DNA of 64,000 bases from Narcine bancroftii (GCF_036971445.1 NC_091481.1:83204001-83268000); one strand, 5' to 3'; shown: positions 24,796-38,975, counted from the stretch's first letter. A program made the numbers and translations. The notes: generated from the letters alone by a model not told the origin.

Positions 24796-26329
24796 CCTCG
24801 ACTTTCACTAGTTTACAGGTCTCCCAGATAATGACCCAGGGGAAGATTACCTGGGATCATCTTGAATGTTTGGGTAGACTTGAAAGGTCGAGTAGCCTAC
24901 ACTTGCTTCTGTTACATTCATTGTTGTACAGGTTTCACAGTCACTGAATCTCAGTGGGGTACATGTTTTACTAGCACTCGTTCCATTGAGGTGGAAATGT
25001 CTTCTGCACGAACTCGCCATCAGTTCATAAATTGAATAGTGTAATAGAAGAACATAGGAGCAGGAGTCAGCCGTCCAGCCCTTCGAGCCTGCCATTCAAT
25101 AAAATCATGGCTGATCTGGCCATGGCCTCAGCTTCACTTACCTTCTTTTTTACCCCCTCCTCCTTAATTCCCTTACTATGCAACAATATACAGTGCCCTC
25201 CATAATGTTTGGGACAAAGACACATATTTTCTTTATTTCCCCTGTTCTTGACTGTTTTAAATTTGTAATCAAACAATTCACATGCTGAAGTGTTTGTAAT
25301 CGTATTGGAGGTTCGGATCTGGAGCTGGAGGTGAATCCGTGCACACTCGATGACTCGGGGGGTGGGGGGGGGGGGAATAGTCCCAGGTCTCTCCTCATAG
25401 ACTAACTTTATCTCTGCAATAAACCTGGTGAATCTCCTCTTCACCCCGTCGAAAGCCATTATATCTTTCCTCAAGCAAGGAGACCAGAATTGCACACAGT
25501 TCTCCAGGAGGGGCCATCCCACTATACACAGCTACAGCAGAATCTCCCTGCTCTTACATTCAATCCCTCCAGCAATTAAGTCAACATTCCATTTGCCTTT
25601 TTCATTACCTGACACACCTGCAAACTGTGCTGTAATTGTTATATGGTTATAGCTGCTGCCCCTCTACCCTCGATTCCTCAGTGACAAACTCATTCAGAGA
25701 CTTACTTGTGCACTTTATTGATTTTCTTTTTGTTCTCTCTGTATTGCATATTCAGTTTGTTTACATTCGTTATCTGTTTACAGTTCTATTTACGCTGTGC
25801 AGAGTTTTTTTGTTGCACTGCCAGTTAGTGGTAATTCTGGCGCGCCCGCAGGAAAAAGGAGTCTGGTTTGTATGTAATGCCATGTATATACTCTTGACAA
25901 GAAATCTGAACCTACAGTGGACAGCTCAACTCACTGAACTATCACCAAACTCCACAAAATCCTACAAATCAATGACAGTGTTCTCCCAGGCCACCTGTAT
26001 CTTCCGGAAATCCTCACAGTTCTGTGTCCTGTTTTGATTTAAAAACATGCCATTCGTGATAGTCTTGCACTTCCCTCTAACTTGAAAACCATCCCTATGC
26101 CAGTATCCGATTCCTCAGCCAATTCTGCATCTCTGCATTAACTAAATCTGTTGGCCCTGACCTTGAAGTCAAACAGTTAGACTCGAGAGAAGGAAACTGT
26201 TGGAGGAGTAACAGGGCAAGCACTCCAAAGGTAATTGGCATAAAATTCAAAAGTAACATGATTTTTTTTGGTTCGCATCAGCATATTTCATCAACATCCT
26301 TTTAGAAATTCATTCATGCCATTTCTTTT

Positions 26330-26810
26330 TAAAATATTTTTATTGATTTTAATAAAGAACATACAAACAAGAAGAGGACAATTCAATAAGACAGTGTGGA
26401 CAGTTACTTAAATAAGATACTCCTTATATCACATAAATTGTAAATCATATCCACAATTCATATTCTAAATAGTATTTACCTTTTTGGGGGGGGGGGGGGG
26501 TGTGAACCTAATAATATATTAAAAAAAAGAGGAAAGAAAATAGTAGAGGATAAAAACTCAAATCCCTTTCCTAAATGCACAGCCAAACTTATGACTAGTC
26601 TTAAAAGAAAAATGGTTAAAAAAAAAGGAACATGGAAAAGATACAAGTCAGACAATTTCAATACATTGGAGTAAAATTATAAAGTAAGATAAGTGAGTCA
26701 TAAATAATGACTCCCATAACTTATGGAATCTTATATCTGAATTATTAATTGAATAACAAATCTTTTCCATATTTGAGCAGGACCTGATGTCAGGCAACCA
26801 CTGACCATTC
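26330..26810 (-). mobile_element. L1-clade LINE 3' end (different subfamily)
   Basis: Reverse strand WLPDIRSCSNMEKICY..RFHKLW followed by A-rich tail. Confidence 0.6.
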
Positions 26811-26829
26811 ACGCCATTTCAACCACATT

Positions 26830-27370
26830 CTCCTCACAGACCATCAAATTCATCCTGGCTTTTCCTAGGTGAATGAGAGGTGGAAAATCTCATGTTACGG
26901 TGCGAGAGTTGCAGCCTTAGCCTCAACATGGAGAAGACAAAGGAGATGATCGTGGAGTACAGGAGGACCATAAACGACCACCCTCCACTGTACATCAATA
27001 AATCTGTAATGGAGTCAGTTGAGAGCACCAAGTTCCTTGGAGTTCACTTAACTAATGACTTATCTTAGACACACAACATCTCTTCACTTGTCAGGAAGAT
27101 GCAACATCGACGGCACTTGCTGAGAAGACTGAAGTGGGCAAGGCTACCGGCCACCATTATGTCAACCTTCTACAGGAGCTCTATTGATGGTGTCCTGGCC
27201 GGCTGGATCACAGTGTAGTACAGTTACTGTAGAGAAAAGGATCAGAGGTCAATCCACAGGACCATAAGAGTGGCAGAGAGGATCAATGGAGTCTCTCCCG
27301 CCCCCCCCCCCCCCCACCCCAAGGGATGTGATCTACTGGGATCGTTGTATGAAGAGGGCATGCAAACTGT
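26830..27370 (+). mobile_element. Rex1/Babar-type LINE RT fragment
   Basis: ORF 26880-27068 LSLNMEKTKEMIVEYRR...TKFLGVHLTNDLS. Confidence 0.8.
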
Positions 27371-27769
27371 GGACAACATTGGAGGAGTTGTTGGTAAGCT
27401 GTGAACCACATAGGGACCGGGGCTGTTGTACATTAGTATTGTAGATAGCATTGGAGCTGTGCCATGTTAGACAAGGAACAGCGGATAGTGTATTGTAATC
27501 CTTGGATGTAAGTCTGTATAAACATTGCCAGTATTGGTAGTGTTAAGTCTAATGTAACTGGGTGGTACTGTGTAAGCAGTTGCTAGTATTGGTATTGTTA
27601 AGCAATGTTCCTTCTAATTTGTATCTAGGCTCTAACTTCATCAGTAAACTAACACTTGATGCTGACATCAATATTGGCATTTTAAACTGTTCTGTCTAAG
27701 CTGAATGAGGGAGTTTGGCCCAACAGCAACTTGAGGAGAGGATAAAACTCCACTCCTTTCTCCGACTTC

Positions 27770-28110
27770 AGATTTATTGTCAGGGTACATACTGTACAAG
27801 ACATCACATACAGCCCTGAGATTCTTTTTCCCACTGGCACGCAAGAATTACAACTAATTGGTCATGCAAAAAAATCTGTACACAGTCTAAACAAGTAAAA
27901 AAGAACTGCAAACAGATAAAGCATGCAAACAAACTGTCTTTGCAATACAGAGAGAACAAAAAGAAAATCAGTAAAGTGCACAAGCAAGAGACCATAAATG
28001 TGTCCCTGACTGAGTTTGTTGTTGAGGAGTCTGAGGGTGGAGGGGGAGCAGCTGATCCTGAACCTGGTGGTGCGAGTCTTGTGGCACCGATACCTCTTTC
28101 CGGATGGTAG
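27770..28110 (-). mobile_element. Rex1/Babar-type LINE 3' fragment, paralogous to 3820-4145
   Basis: Reverse complement aligns to 3830-4145. Confidence 0.75.
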
Positions 28111-28694
28111 ATAACACTGCTTGCAGTTCTGTCACAGAGCCCAGTACCCTGACTGGTAGGAGAACAACTTGCAGGATGGAAACTCTTTCATTCGACAAGC
28201 CTACTATCTTCTGGAGGAACCCAGGCGGTCAGGCAGCGCCGACAAAGGAAAGAGGAATTGTTGACGTATTGGGTCGAAACCCAAGTGGCACAGGAACAGG
28301 CCCGTCGGCCCACTTGCCAGTGCCGAACATGATATCCAATTTCCTTCATGATTTGACCCAAACATTGACGGTACTTTTCCCCTCCACTGATGCTCTTTGC
28401 CCATTGGGTACCACCAACAGATCCTCCAGTTTCCTGCATCAGTAGTCATTTGCGTCTCTTGCAGGATAAGGTCCTGCTTAGCTCCTGGTTCCCAGTTCCC
28501 CTTCCTACTTCTCTTCCACCATCCCCTACCCTTCGTCATCTGGCCAATCTCTTGTCCTTTGCTCCCTTCCTTCCATTTTCCTTTTATCCACCCTCCCCAT
28601 TGTCTGACTCCCCCATGCTTCCCTTGGTCCCATCCCTGCCTCTCCTCTACCCTTTGATCCCACATCTTCCACTACCTTCCCCACTGTTGTGACT

Positions 28695-29255
28695 CCAAGA
28701 GATGATTGTTGGCTTCAGAGAGGGAAAACCAGAGGTGAACGATCCAATGATTACTGGGGGGGAGGGTTCAGAAGTGGAGGGATTTTGGGAGTTATTATCT
28801 CGGAGGATGTTTCCTAGACCCAGCACACTAATAGCTTCATGAACAAAGCACGTCAGTATCTCTACTTCCTCAGGAGTTTGTGGAGGTTTGGTATGACATC
28901 GGAAACCCTGGCAAATATCAACAGATGTGTGGTTGAAAGTGTGCTGACCGGCTGCATCATGGTCTGGTATGAGGACACCAATACTCCTGAGAATATAGAC
29001 CTGAAAAAGCCCAGGACATTACAGGAAAAACCCTCCCCACCATTGAGAACATCTGCAGGGAATGCAGCCATTGGAGAGCAGCAGCAATCACCAAGGATCC
29101 ACACCACCCAGCACACGCTCTGTTCTCGCTGCTGCCATCAGGAAGGAGGTATCGGTGCCACAAGACTCACACCAACAGGTTCAGGAACAGCTGCTCCCCC
29201 TCCACCATCAGACTCCTCAATGATAAATTCAATCTGGGACTTTTTTTTTTGCACT
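28695..29255 (+). mobile_element. Rex1/Babar-type LINE fragment
   Basis: ORF 28839-29258 KARQYLYFLRSLWRFGM...VESVLTGCIMVWY. Confidence 0.8.
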
Positions 29256-29289
29256 TAGTTGATTGAATATCTCTTTCTCTATTTATTTG

Positions 29290-31597
29290 TTTTTTAACAT
29301 TTTTTTTATTTTTCACACTATGAACCATGCTGACCAAAATACACACAAACATTTCCCTCTTGGATATACACAGTGTCATTTTCTCCCCTTTTTCCCCCCT
29401 CCCTTCCCTCCCTCCTTCACCCCCCTCCCCACCCACTAAACGTTCAACACATATGATACATTAAACCCATTAAACAATGTCATCACACAATGAAAATAAA
29501 CAAGAAAATTGTGTCATCTACTTTTACGCACTGGGTCACTTCATTTCGTCTTCTTCTCATTCTGTCATTTTAGGTGTGGAGGTCCGCGGTAGGACGGTTC
29601 CTAAATTTGTTCGAATACTGTGATGTTATTTCTTAAATTATATGTCATTTTTTCCAATGGAATACATTTATTCATTTCTATGTACCATTGCTGTATTCTC
29701 AGGCTCTCTTCCGATTTCCAGGTTGACGTTATACATTTTTTGCTACAGCTAAGGCTATCACAATAAATCTTTTTTGTGCTTCATCCAAATCGAGGCCAAG
29801 TTCTTTACTTCTTATATTACTTAGAAGAAAGATCTCTGGGGTTTTTGAGATGTTATTTTTTGTGATTTTATTTAATACCTGATTTAGATCTTCCCAAAAC
29901 TTTTCCACTTTCTCACATGCCCACGTTCCCATTTCGTTTTTACAGCGAAAACATCTATCTGATACTGTTGGGTCCCATTTATTTAACTTTTGGGATGTGG
30001 TGTATAACCTGTGTAACCAGTTATATTGTATCATGCGTAACCTTGTGTTTATTGTATTTCTCTTAGTTTCAGAGCATAACTTTTCCCATATTTAATTCTT
30101 TATCTTTATGTTTAGATCTTGTTCCCACTTTTGTTTGGGTTTACAGCTTATTTCATCGTTCTCTTTCTCTTGGAGTTTGATGTACATGTTTGTAATAAAT
30201 CTTTTAATTATCATTGTGTCTGTAATCACATATTCAAAGCTGGTTCCTTCTGGTAACCTCAGTCTGCTTCCCAATTTGTTCTTCAAGTAGGTTTTCAGTT
30301 GGTGGTATGTAAACATTGTACCGTGAGTTATACCATATTTGTACTTCATTTGTTCAAAAGATAATAAATTATTTCCCAAAAAACAATTTTCTATTCTTTT
30401 TATCCCTTTTCTCTCCTATCTCTAAAGGAAAGGTTATCTATTGTGAAAGGGAGTACTTGATTTTGCATCAATATTAATTTTGGTAGTTGGTAATTTGTTT
30501 TTTTTTACTTTCTACGTGAATCTTCTTCCAAATGTTGAACAGATGGTGCAGTACTGGTGAATTCCTATGTTGCACCAGCTTTTCATCCCACTTATATAGT
30601 ATATGTTCAGGTACCTTCTCCCCTATTTTATCTAGCTCTAATCTGGTCCAATCTGGTTTTTCCCTTGTTTGATAAAAATCTGGTACATATCTTAATTGTG
30701 CTGCTCTATAATAATTCTTAAAGTTTGTAGCTGTAAGCCCCCTTGTTTGTACCATTCTGTTAATTTATCTAGCACTATCCTCGGTTTCCCCCCTTTCCAT
30801 AAGAATTTCCTTATTATTTTCTTTAGCTCCTTGAAGAATTTCTCTGTTAAGGGAATTGGTAACGATTGAAATAGGTATTGTATCCTTGGGAAGATATTCA
30901 TTTAAATGCAATTTACCCTTCCTATCAGTGTTAGTGGTAAATCTTTCCAATGTTCTAAGTCATCTTGTAATTTCTTCATTAATGGCTGATAATTTAATTT
31001 GTATAGATGGCCTAGATTATTATCTAGTTGAATACCTAGGTATCGGATTGCTTGTGTTTGCCATTTAAATGGTGATTCTTTCTTAAACTTTGTGAAATCC
31101 CCATTATTCATTGGCATCGCTTCACTTTTATTTGCGTTGATCTTGTACCCCGATACTTCTCCATATTCCTTCAATTTCTTATGTAATTCTTTTATTGATA
31201 TTTCTGATTCTGTTAAGTATACTATGATGTCATCTGCAAATAAACTGATTTTATACTCCTTTATTTTTATCCTTTTTATTTTATTTTCTGTTCTTATCAG
31301 TTCTGCAATGGTTCTATTGCTCAAGTGAACAGTGAGGGAGACAATGGACATCCTTGCCTAGTTGACCTACTTAATTTAAATTGGTTCGATACATATCCAT
31401 TTACTGTTACCTTCGCCAATGGTCCATTATGTAATCCTTTAATCCAATTAATATATTTCTCTGGTAGGTTGAACCTCTGTAGTACTTTGAATAAATAATT
31501 CCATTCTACTCTGTCAAAGGCTTTCTCTGCGTCTAAGGCAACCGCCACTGTTGGCGTCTTGTTTCCTTGTACTGCATGGATTAAGTTAATGAACTTA
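29290..31597 (-). mobile_element. 5'-truncated L1/Tx1-clade LINE, frameshifted ORF2 (RT to C-terminus)
   Basis: ALDAEKAFDRVEW, RQGCPLSPSLF, ISLFADDII, IRYLGI, CFRC motifs across ORFs 31321-31635, 30902-31351, 30692-30901 and 29729-30034. Confidence 0.92.
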
Positions 31598-32829
31598 CAG
31601 AAATTGCAAAACAACGCATTTTGTGACTTGTTCATGACAATAGATTCTAAGAACTTTGCTACTGGATTAGTTTATGTTTTGGGTGATAAGGGAAGGCTCA
31701 AGATTTTGAGAACTGTTGCAGAAACGGCTGTTCTGAAATCACTTCGAGCTGGTGGTCCCTCTGCCTGAACGTAGCAGCGAGGTTATGACCAGGGTGATAG
31801 GTGTCTTTTATGATGTTGGCTGCCTTCTTGAGGCAATGCCTTGCATTGATGTCTTCATGGGGGTGGGAGGTCGGTGATGGACTTGTCATTTTCTGCATTT
31901 CTGGGCACTCAAGTTTCTAATCCAAGTTGCAATGGAACCAGTCTGTATGCTTTCCACCAACCACAAGGCTTCACAAAGGGGTTGCAGACTGCACCAGGTG
32001 ACACCATCAGAGGTGAGTGACACCAAAATGACTGTCTATAAAATGTTTGTGCAGAAATTTATGATTTTTTTAAATTAAAATATCCCTGTAGTTAGTTATA
32101 ACAACAAAAACATTTTTGTAAGCCCACTTTACATGTATCAATATACCTACAAGGCTAAAACTGAATGCTCATTCGCTTTTTCAACCTTGTAATGGGCTCT
32201 GGTCAGAGCAGTCGTTATGAGCCAATTACAACAACGCTTTCAATCATGTGGTTCTGTCTCCACCCGCCATCAGCAAGCGCTGTTGTTTTTGTTGCTGCTG
32301 GTGTTTTTATAGTCACTGCTTTTCTCAAATTTTACAGTCTTTTAGAACAATATTGTGGTCATTAGTGTTTGTGAATCAATATCAATAACATTTTTTGATA
32401 ATGAAGTCGTAATTAAAGGAAAAGGAGGAGAAAATAAACACTCAGTTGCTAATACTGTTGTCACTAATAACATTGTAATTGAATGTATTACAAAACAATT
32501 TTGTTGTTAGCATTCATATAATCTAAGAAGTCCAAGCCCACCCCACCCCACCCCCATTGGGAGGAGGGTGGTGGTGACACCATGAGTTACCAGCCACTGC
32601 CACAAACCCTGTGTAGTTGGCAGAAGAAACACACTCCATGACACCCACACACTAAATCCCCTAGCTTCTGGGGCAGGGCATTAACCTTAGTGTCCAACAG
32701 AAACTCAAGTCTCAGAAGGCAACAATCACAGGGCTGCCACCAGTGATGGGAAAGGTGCTACAGAAACTCAAGTTGTCACTGCCCAATCTATTTTCTTCCT
32801 ATTTTTATTTCCAAACCATCTAGCACGTT

Positions 32830-33873
32830 TACCCTCCCTTTTCTCCCTCTCTTGCCACCCCTTCTCTACCCCCACCCCCTCCCCTCTCCCCCCACCCCTC
32901 CCCTCTCTCTCCCCCAACCCCTCCTCTCTCTCTCCCCCTCCCCTCTCTCTACCCCCAACCCTTCCTCTCTCTCTCCCCCTCCCCTCTCTCTACCCCCACC
33001 CCTCCCCCCACCCCTACCCTCTCTCACCCCTCCCCCCTCTCTCCCCCCCACCCCTCCCCCTCTCTCCCCCCCCACCCCTCCCCCCTCTCTCCCCCCCCCA
33101 CCCCTCCCCCCTCTCTCCCCCCCCCACCCCTCCCCCCTCTCTCCCCCCCCCACCCCTCCCCCCTCTCTCCCCCCCCACCCCTCCCCCCTCTCTCCCCCCC
33201 CACCCCTCCCCCCTCTCTCCCCCCCCACCCCTCCCCCCTCTCTCCCCCCCCACCCCTCCCCCCTCTCTCCCCCACCCTTCTCTCCCCATCACTCTCTCCC
33301 CCCACCCCCTCCCACCCCTCCTCCCTCTCCCCCTCCCCCCTACCTCTCCCCCCTACCCGCACCCCTCCTCCCTCTCTCCCCCCCAACCCTCCTCCCTCTC
33401 TCCCCCCCAACCCTCCTCCCTCTCTCCCCCCCAACCCTCCTCCCTCTCTCCCCCCCAACCCTCCTCCCTCTCTCCCCCCCAACCCTCCTCCCTCTCTCCC
33501 CCCCAACCCTCCTCCCTCTCTCCCCCCCCAACCCTCCTCCCTCTCTCCCCCCCCACCCTCCTCCCTCTCTCCCCCCCCAACCCTCCTCCCTCTCTCCACC
33601 CCCCAACCCTCCTCCCTCTCCCCCCCCCAACCCCCTCCTCCTCTCCCCCCCCAACCCTCCTCCCTCTCTCCCCCCCAACCCTCCTCCTCTCTCCCCCCAA
33701 CCCTCCTCCCTCTCTCCCCCCCAACCCTCCTCCCTCTCTCCCCCCCAACCCTCCTCCCTCTCTCCCCCCCAACCCTCCTCCCTCTCTCCCCCCCCCCCAA
33801 ACCCCACCCCTCTCTCCCCCCCCCCCAAACCCCACCCCTCTCCCCTCCCTCTCTCTCTCTCTCTCCCTCTCCC
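32830..33873. repeat. ~1-kb C/T-rich low-complexity array (CCCCTCTCT-based ~20-bp units)
   Basis: Almost no G on the plus strand; two unit types, acccctccccccctctct then aaccctcctccctctctc. Confidence 0.95.
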
Positions 33874-33874
33874 C

Positions 33875-33987
33875 AATGCCGGCTGCAGATGGGGCGGATC
33901 CCGAGTTCTGCAGCGCCGTCCCCGCAAAATCCTGCGTGTCCGGAGCGTCGCGAATCCACAGTGATCTTCGGCTGCGGGACGGAGCGG
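33875..33987 (+). other. Candidate non-coding first exon and CpG promoter of SPTBN4
   Basis: CpG-rich segment with GC box (GGGCGG) ending in CGG|GTAAGC; the first coding exon at 44776 begins at an acceptor. Confidence 0.5.
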
Positions 33988-35989
33988 GTAAGCAAAGGGG
34001 ACGGGAGCAGCGAGGATTGTGAAGCGGGGTCTTATCTCTTCCCCTCCCCCCCCCCCCCCCCCACGTCCCCCTCCCTGCCCCCGCATCCAATCCTCCGCAA
34101 TTTTCCCCCCGAATGGGCAGCCGGTCACGGTGGTTCAGCATCTTGCGCTGGAGCCTCTCTCTCTCCCCCGATGGGCAATAATAACGGAGGCTGGGGCGGT
34201 GGAAATAGCGAGAGCTGCTCTTGTGGTCTCGCCTCCCCCTGCATGTAATGTGAAGATATTCCATTTCCTTATTTTCTCTGTCTTACTTTGCCCTTTTCCC
34301 TATTCCCCGTTCAATCCCACCCTTTGCAGTATCCCTGGGTCTTGTTATTTTGTCCCGTGTTGCTGGAATCTTATTCGGGGAAGATGCATCTATTTATGGA
34401 GAAGCTCTGGAGCAGGGCGATGCTGGACACCTGAATGGCTCCGTCTCTTCACACCAAGATGCAGGCCCTACACATGCATTTGCCTACCTCCCGACCAGGT
34501 AGTATACTCATGACCATCACCGAGTTACAGACATCTCCAACACTGAACCAAGCCCAGCGAGCTGGCTCCATTTGCCTGCCTCTATCCCTTTCAATCTTTC
34601 CTATCCACCTGCCACCTGCCTGTCTAAATGGTTGCATCACTGCCTGGTATGGAGGCACCAACTCTCGGGATGAGAATAAACCACAGAGGGTCGTTAACTC
34701 AGCCCGCGGTATCACGGGCACCAGACTTCACTCCGTCAAGGACGTCGACGTGAGGCGGTGTCTTTAAAAAAAAAAGCAGCTTCTATCCTCAAGGACCCCC
34801 GCCACTCTCTTCACTCTGCTACCCTCGCCGGGTGGGGGGGGTGGGGGGGGGGGGGGGAAAGAAAGGTACAGGAGCCTAAAGCCAAGCACTCAGCTTCTGC
34901 CCCTCTGCCATCAGATTCCTGAATAATCAATGAACCAAAGACACTGCCTTACTTGTCGTGCTCTAGTATTTTTTTGTGTAGAAATGTCTACACAATGTTC
35001 CTCCGTAACGCTGCTGAAAAACACCACATTTCGTGACTTGTTCTTGGCAGTAAAATCTGGGTCTGATTCAGACTTGCCTCTTCTTCCTCTGTCAGCTCGT
35101 TCCATATACTCACCACCCTCTCTGTGAAGACCCCGTGGATCCCTCTAAAATCTTTCCCCTCCCTTCTTAAATCTGCGCTCACTAGTTTTTGACTCTGACC
35201 CAGGGTTAAAGGGTAATGACTTGTCTCTTCACTTTGTCTGTATCCCTCTTGGTTTTATAAGCCTCTGTAAGGGCACCCCTTGGTCTCCGATACTCAAGGA
35301 AGAGTCCTCTCCTCAGAATTCAGAATCACGAGCAGGTCGTGAAATTCATTGGTGTCGCAGCAGCGTCACCGTGCAGGCATTTATATAAACAACCATACAA
35401 AAAAATGGTGGGTGAAAAGTCAAAGTAAGGCAGTGTCTTTGGTTCAATGATCATTCAGGAATCTGATGGCAAAGAAGAAGAAGCCGTCCTTGTGTCGCTG
35501 AGTGCTTGTCTTCAGGCTCTTGTACCTTATCTCGATGGTAGTGGGAATTCAAGCCTATTATTGTCTAGACCTTGGTTATTACTCATGTCCTTGGTCTTAT
35601 TTGTCTCTCTATAGGCCCGAATAGTGATTGGAATTGAATGCTGTCCAGTCACTACCCCCTTCCCCTCCCCACAACCAGTGCAGGCGCAACAGAGATTGGA
35701 GGTGTAGTAGACAGCAAGAATGGCTTTCAAAGCTTGTAGAGGGATCTGGACCAGCTGAAAGTGGTAAATGGTATTCAATGGTGGTTGGTGTAGCACTGTT
35801 ACAGTACCGGCAATTGGAACCGGGGTTTGAATCCCACAATAGTTTGTACGTTCTTCCCATGTCTGCATGCGTTTCCTCTGTGCTCTGGTTCCACCCATTG
35901 TTCGAAATGTACTGGATGTTGTACGTGTAATTGAGTGGCAAAGTCTCGTGGGCTGAAATGTCTGTTATCTGTTACTAAATTAAAAAAGA

Positions 35990-36690
35990 GTGTGAAGTGT
36001 TGCATTTTTGAATGACACACCAAGATAGGACATAAATGGTCGGGCACTGAGGAGTGCGGTAGAACCGAGGGATCTGGGAATACAGATACATAATTCCCTG
36101 AAAGTGATGTCACGGGTGGATGGGGTTATAAAGAGAGCTTTTGGCATATTGGCCTTTAGTATTGAGTCCAGGAATTGGGATGTTTTTACTATGAAGTTGT
36201 ATAAGACATTGGTGAGGCCAAATTTGGAGTATTGCATGCAGTTTTGGTTACCTAACTGGAGGAAAGAAATCAATAAGATTGAAAGAGAGCAGAGAAGATT
36301 TGCTAGGATGTTGCCAGGACTTCAGGAACTAAGTTACAGGTTAGGGCTTTATCCCCTGGAGTATGAGGAGAGATTTGATAGAGGTATACAAAATGATGAG
36401 GGGTAGTGATAGAGCAAATGTAGGTTGGATTTTTCCACTGAGATTTGGTGAGATACAAACCAGGGGACATGGGTTAAGGATGACATTAGAAAAGTTCAGG
36501 GTTAGGATGGTGGGAGTGTGGAACAAGCTGCCAGCCAAAGTGATGATGTGGCCTTAATTATAAGTAAGAAAAATTGGACAGGTACATGGATATGAGAGTC
36601 TGGAAAGCTATGCACTGGGTGCAGGTCAGTGGGACTAGGCAGAATAATGGTTCGGAATGGACAGAAGGGCCTGCTTTCTGTGCTGTAGCA
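35990..36690 (+). mobile_element. CR1-type LINE 3' fragment
   Basis: LYKTLVRPNLEYCMQFW, RRDLIEVYKMM, TRGH. Confidence 0.85.
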
Positions 36691-36969
36691 TTTGTTTACA
36701 CCCCGCCCCCCCCCCCCTCTAGTTCCCCTTGAGATTTGTGAGGACATCATCATACCAAGAGCAGTTGGTCTTGCCTCACCAATGGAAGCTAGCTTTTTGG
36801 TCCAAAGCCCACTGACAACTGGAGACATGTGGGTGAGTTAGAATCCAGACTTAGCATCTGTGACCAGGTCATCAGAAAGTTCAGTTGAATGCATTGTCAA
36901 TGGCAATTTATCTGTCACATCATACAATGAGAAGGGTGCACATAGTGAGTCAATGAGGGACGATTAAAT

Positions 36970-37101
36970 CAGTGGTTTTCAAACTTTTTCTTTCCACTCA
37001 CATCCCACCTTAAGCAATCCCTTACTAATCACAGAGCACCGATGACACAGGGAATACTTAAAGTGGGATGTGAGTGGAAAGAAAAAGCTTGAGAACCACT
37101 G
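36970..37101. mobile_element. hAT (Charlie-like) palindromic MITE
   Basis: CAGTGGTTTTCAA ... TTGAGAACCACTG with ~45-bp inverted arms; same family as 18840. Confidence 0.85.
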
Positions 37102-37643
37102 TTCTAGATCCTCCTGAATGTTTAAAGGAGATAGGACCAGAGAACATTGTTTCATCAGGTTGTACTTGTGCAATCAGAATATAGTAAACTTGACTTAATA
37201 CTTAATGCCAGTGGTGTAACTGCACTGGAGCAGTGGCTGGTGATGTAGCTAGTGCTGGCAGACAGATCTGGTCCTGCAGCCTTTGTTGTTCTCAGATGTT
37301 CCTCTATCAAGGTGAACCAAATAGGTGGAAGAATGGCTTTGGTGAAGATGAGGCTGTCGATAAAAGGTGTTATGACCATCCTGTGTAGTCGCTGCACATT
37401 GATACTACACTTGTCCTGCCATTGTTTGGAAGTGTTCTATTTGAAGCCTCCTGCTCTCAGCACCAGATGTGGTAGGATTGCAAAACCTTTGGTCTAATCT
37501 TAAATCTGAGACTGCTGACGATGTTTGAAGTTCAGCACGCACGTGAAGGTTCGTCTGAAACAAAAACATGTAATGCTGTGGTTTAAAAAAAAACTCAGCC
37601 AGGATCTGAGGAAAGAGGGAGTCAATATTTTGGGTCCCTCATC

Positions 37644-37687
<44 letters not shown>

Positions 37688-38429
37688 TAAGTAGGTTTTC
37701 AACAGGAGGGAACGTGGGGAAGGGATTTGTAGAAATAGGAACCGTGTTCTTGGTTGAATGAGTGAAAAATGACTTTACGTGGCCAGTTAACAGCACATAA
37801 GCTACGATGTTTGTGTAGAAAGTTGTAGGGACTTGTCTGGACATGCCGGAGCTGAAGCTTCTCTTGACTAGTTCCAGGGGTGCTGGAAGGGTGAAGCAGG
37901 TCAGACAGCATCTGTAGAAAAGTTGATGTTTTGTAGATGGTCGCTTTTCAACGTCGTTTGTCTCGGTCCAGGGTGTGCTCTATTCTTCAGCAAACGTAAT
38001 GTAAGGAATGGAAGACTTGGACACTTTAGTTTCCCGGTATTCCTTTATTTGTACGCAAGCTTGACAGGAGTTTCGTTACCCTCCCCCCGTAACGGATCCA
38101 GGAGCTGTCCGAACATAAAATTGAATGGATTTAAATTCTCCAATGCTATCTGACAATCTCAATCTGAAAACCATCGTCTCCTGGGCATCGAGCATATTGC
38201 ACCAGATTAAGCTGTGCAATGTCCATCTACGTGATGCACCGTATTGTGGACCAGTCACACAGACGTGTTCTCCTCTCAGGATTCCCCTGATTCCTGTAAA
38301 TCTCAGGATTCCCCTGATTCCTGTAAATCACATGATTCCAGAGAGAAATGGGGCTGTTGGAAGTTATGAGCGAGGAGCCAGTAACCCACATTCCAGAGCC
38401 CTGCGCTGTCCTTGGTTAGGCCTATGGGA

Positions 38430-38975
38430 TGCTGGGCTTCATTAATAGGGGGAATTGAGTACAAAAACTCTACAAATCTCTGATAAAACCACTCTTAAAA
38501 AGTATTGTGTTCAGTTCTGGTCACCTCATTATAGGAAGGATGTGGACTGGATTGGAAAACAAGCTTTATGAGGGAAGGTTCGCGGAGCTGGGACTTTTTT
38601 CTTTGGACCGTAGAAGGATGAGAGGAGACTTAATAGAGATCTACAAGATTATGAGAGGCCTAGATAGGGTGGACAGTCAGCACCTGTTCCCCAGGGCAGG
38701 AATAGCAAACACCAGAGGACACGAGTACAAAGTGAAGGGAGGGAAGTTTAGGGGAAACATCAGGGGTAAGTATATTTACAAAGAGAGCTTTGGGTGCCTG
38801 AAATGATAGTGGAAGATGCTACATCAGGGGCATTTAAGATACTCTTAGACAGACACATGGATGAAAGAAAAATAGAGGGTTATGGTGTAGGGAGGGTTTA
38901 AATTTTTTAAGCAATATTTGAGTCAGCACAGCATCGAGGGCCGAAGGGCCTGTACAGCGTTGTAGTGTCCTATGG
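38430..38975 (+). mobile_element. CR1-type LINE 3' fragment
   Basis: ORF 38507-38806 ELGLFSLDRRRMRGDLIEIYKIM...TRGH. Confidence 0.85.

Noticed and set aside
23618-25040. Minus-strand ORFs with recurring GTCT/ETCT motifs either side of the Penelope fragment
   Set aside because: Explained by a decayed ~30-bp repeat (tacaggtcccacag-like) split by the insertion; no recognisable protein or splice structure
34130-34155. Possible REST/RE1 site near the SPTBN4 promoter (TTCAGCA...)
   Set aside because: Only the left half-site is present, with no GGACAG half
32852-34264. Extensin-like or Gly/Arg/Glu-rich ORFs of 260-370 aa
   Set aside because: Artefact of the C/T low-complexity tract
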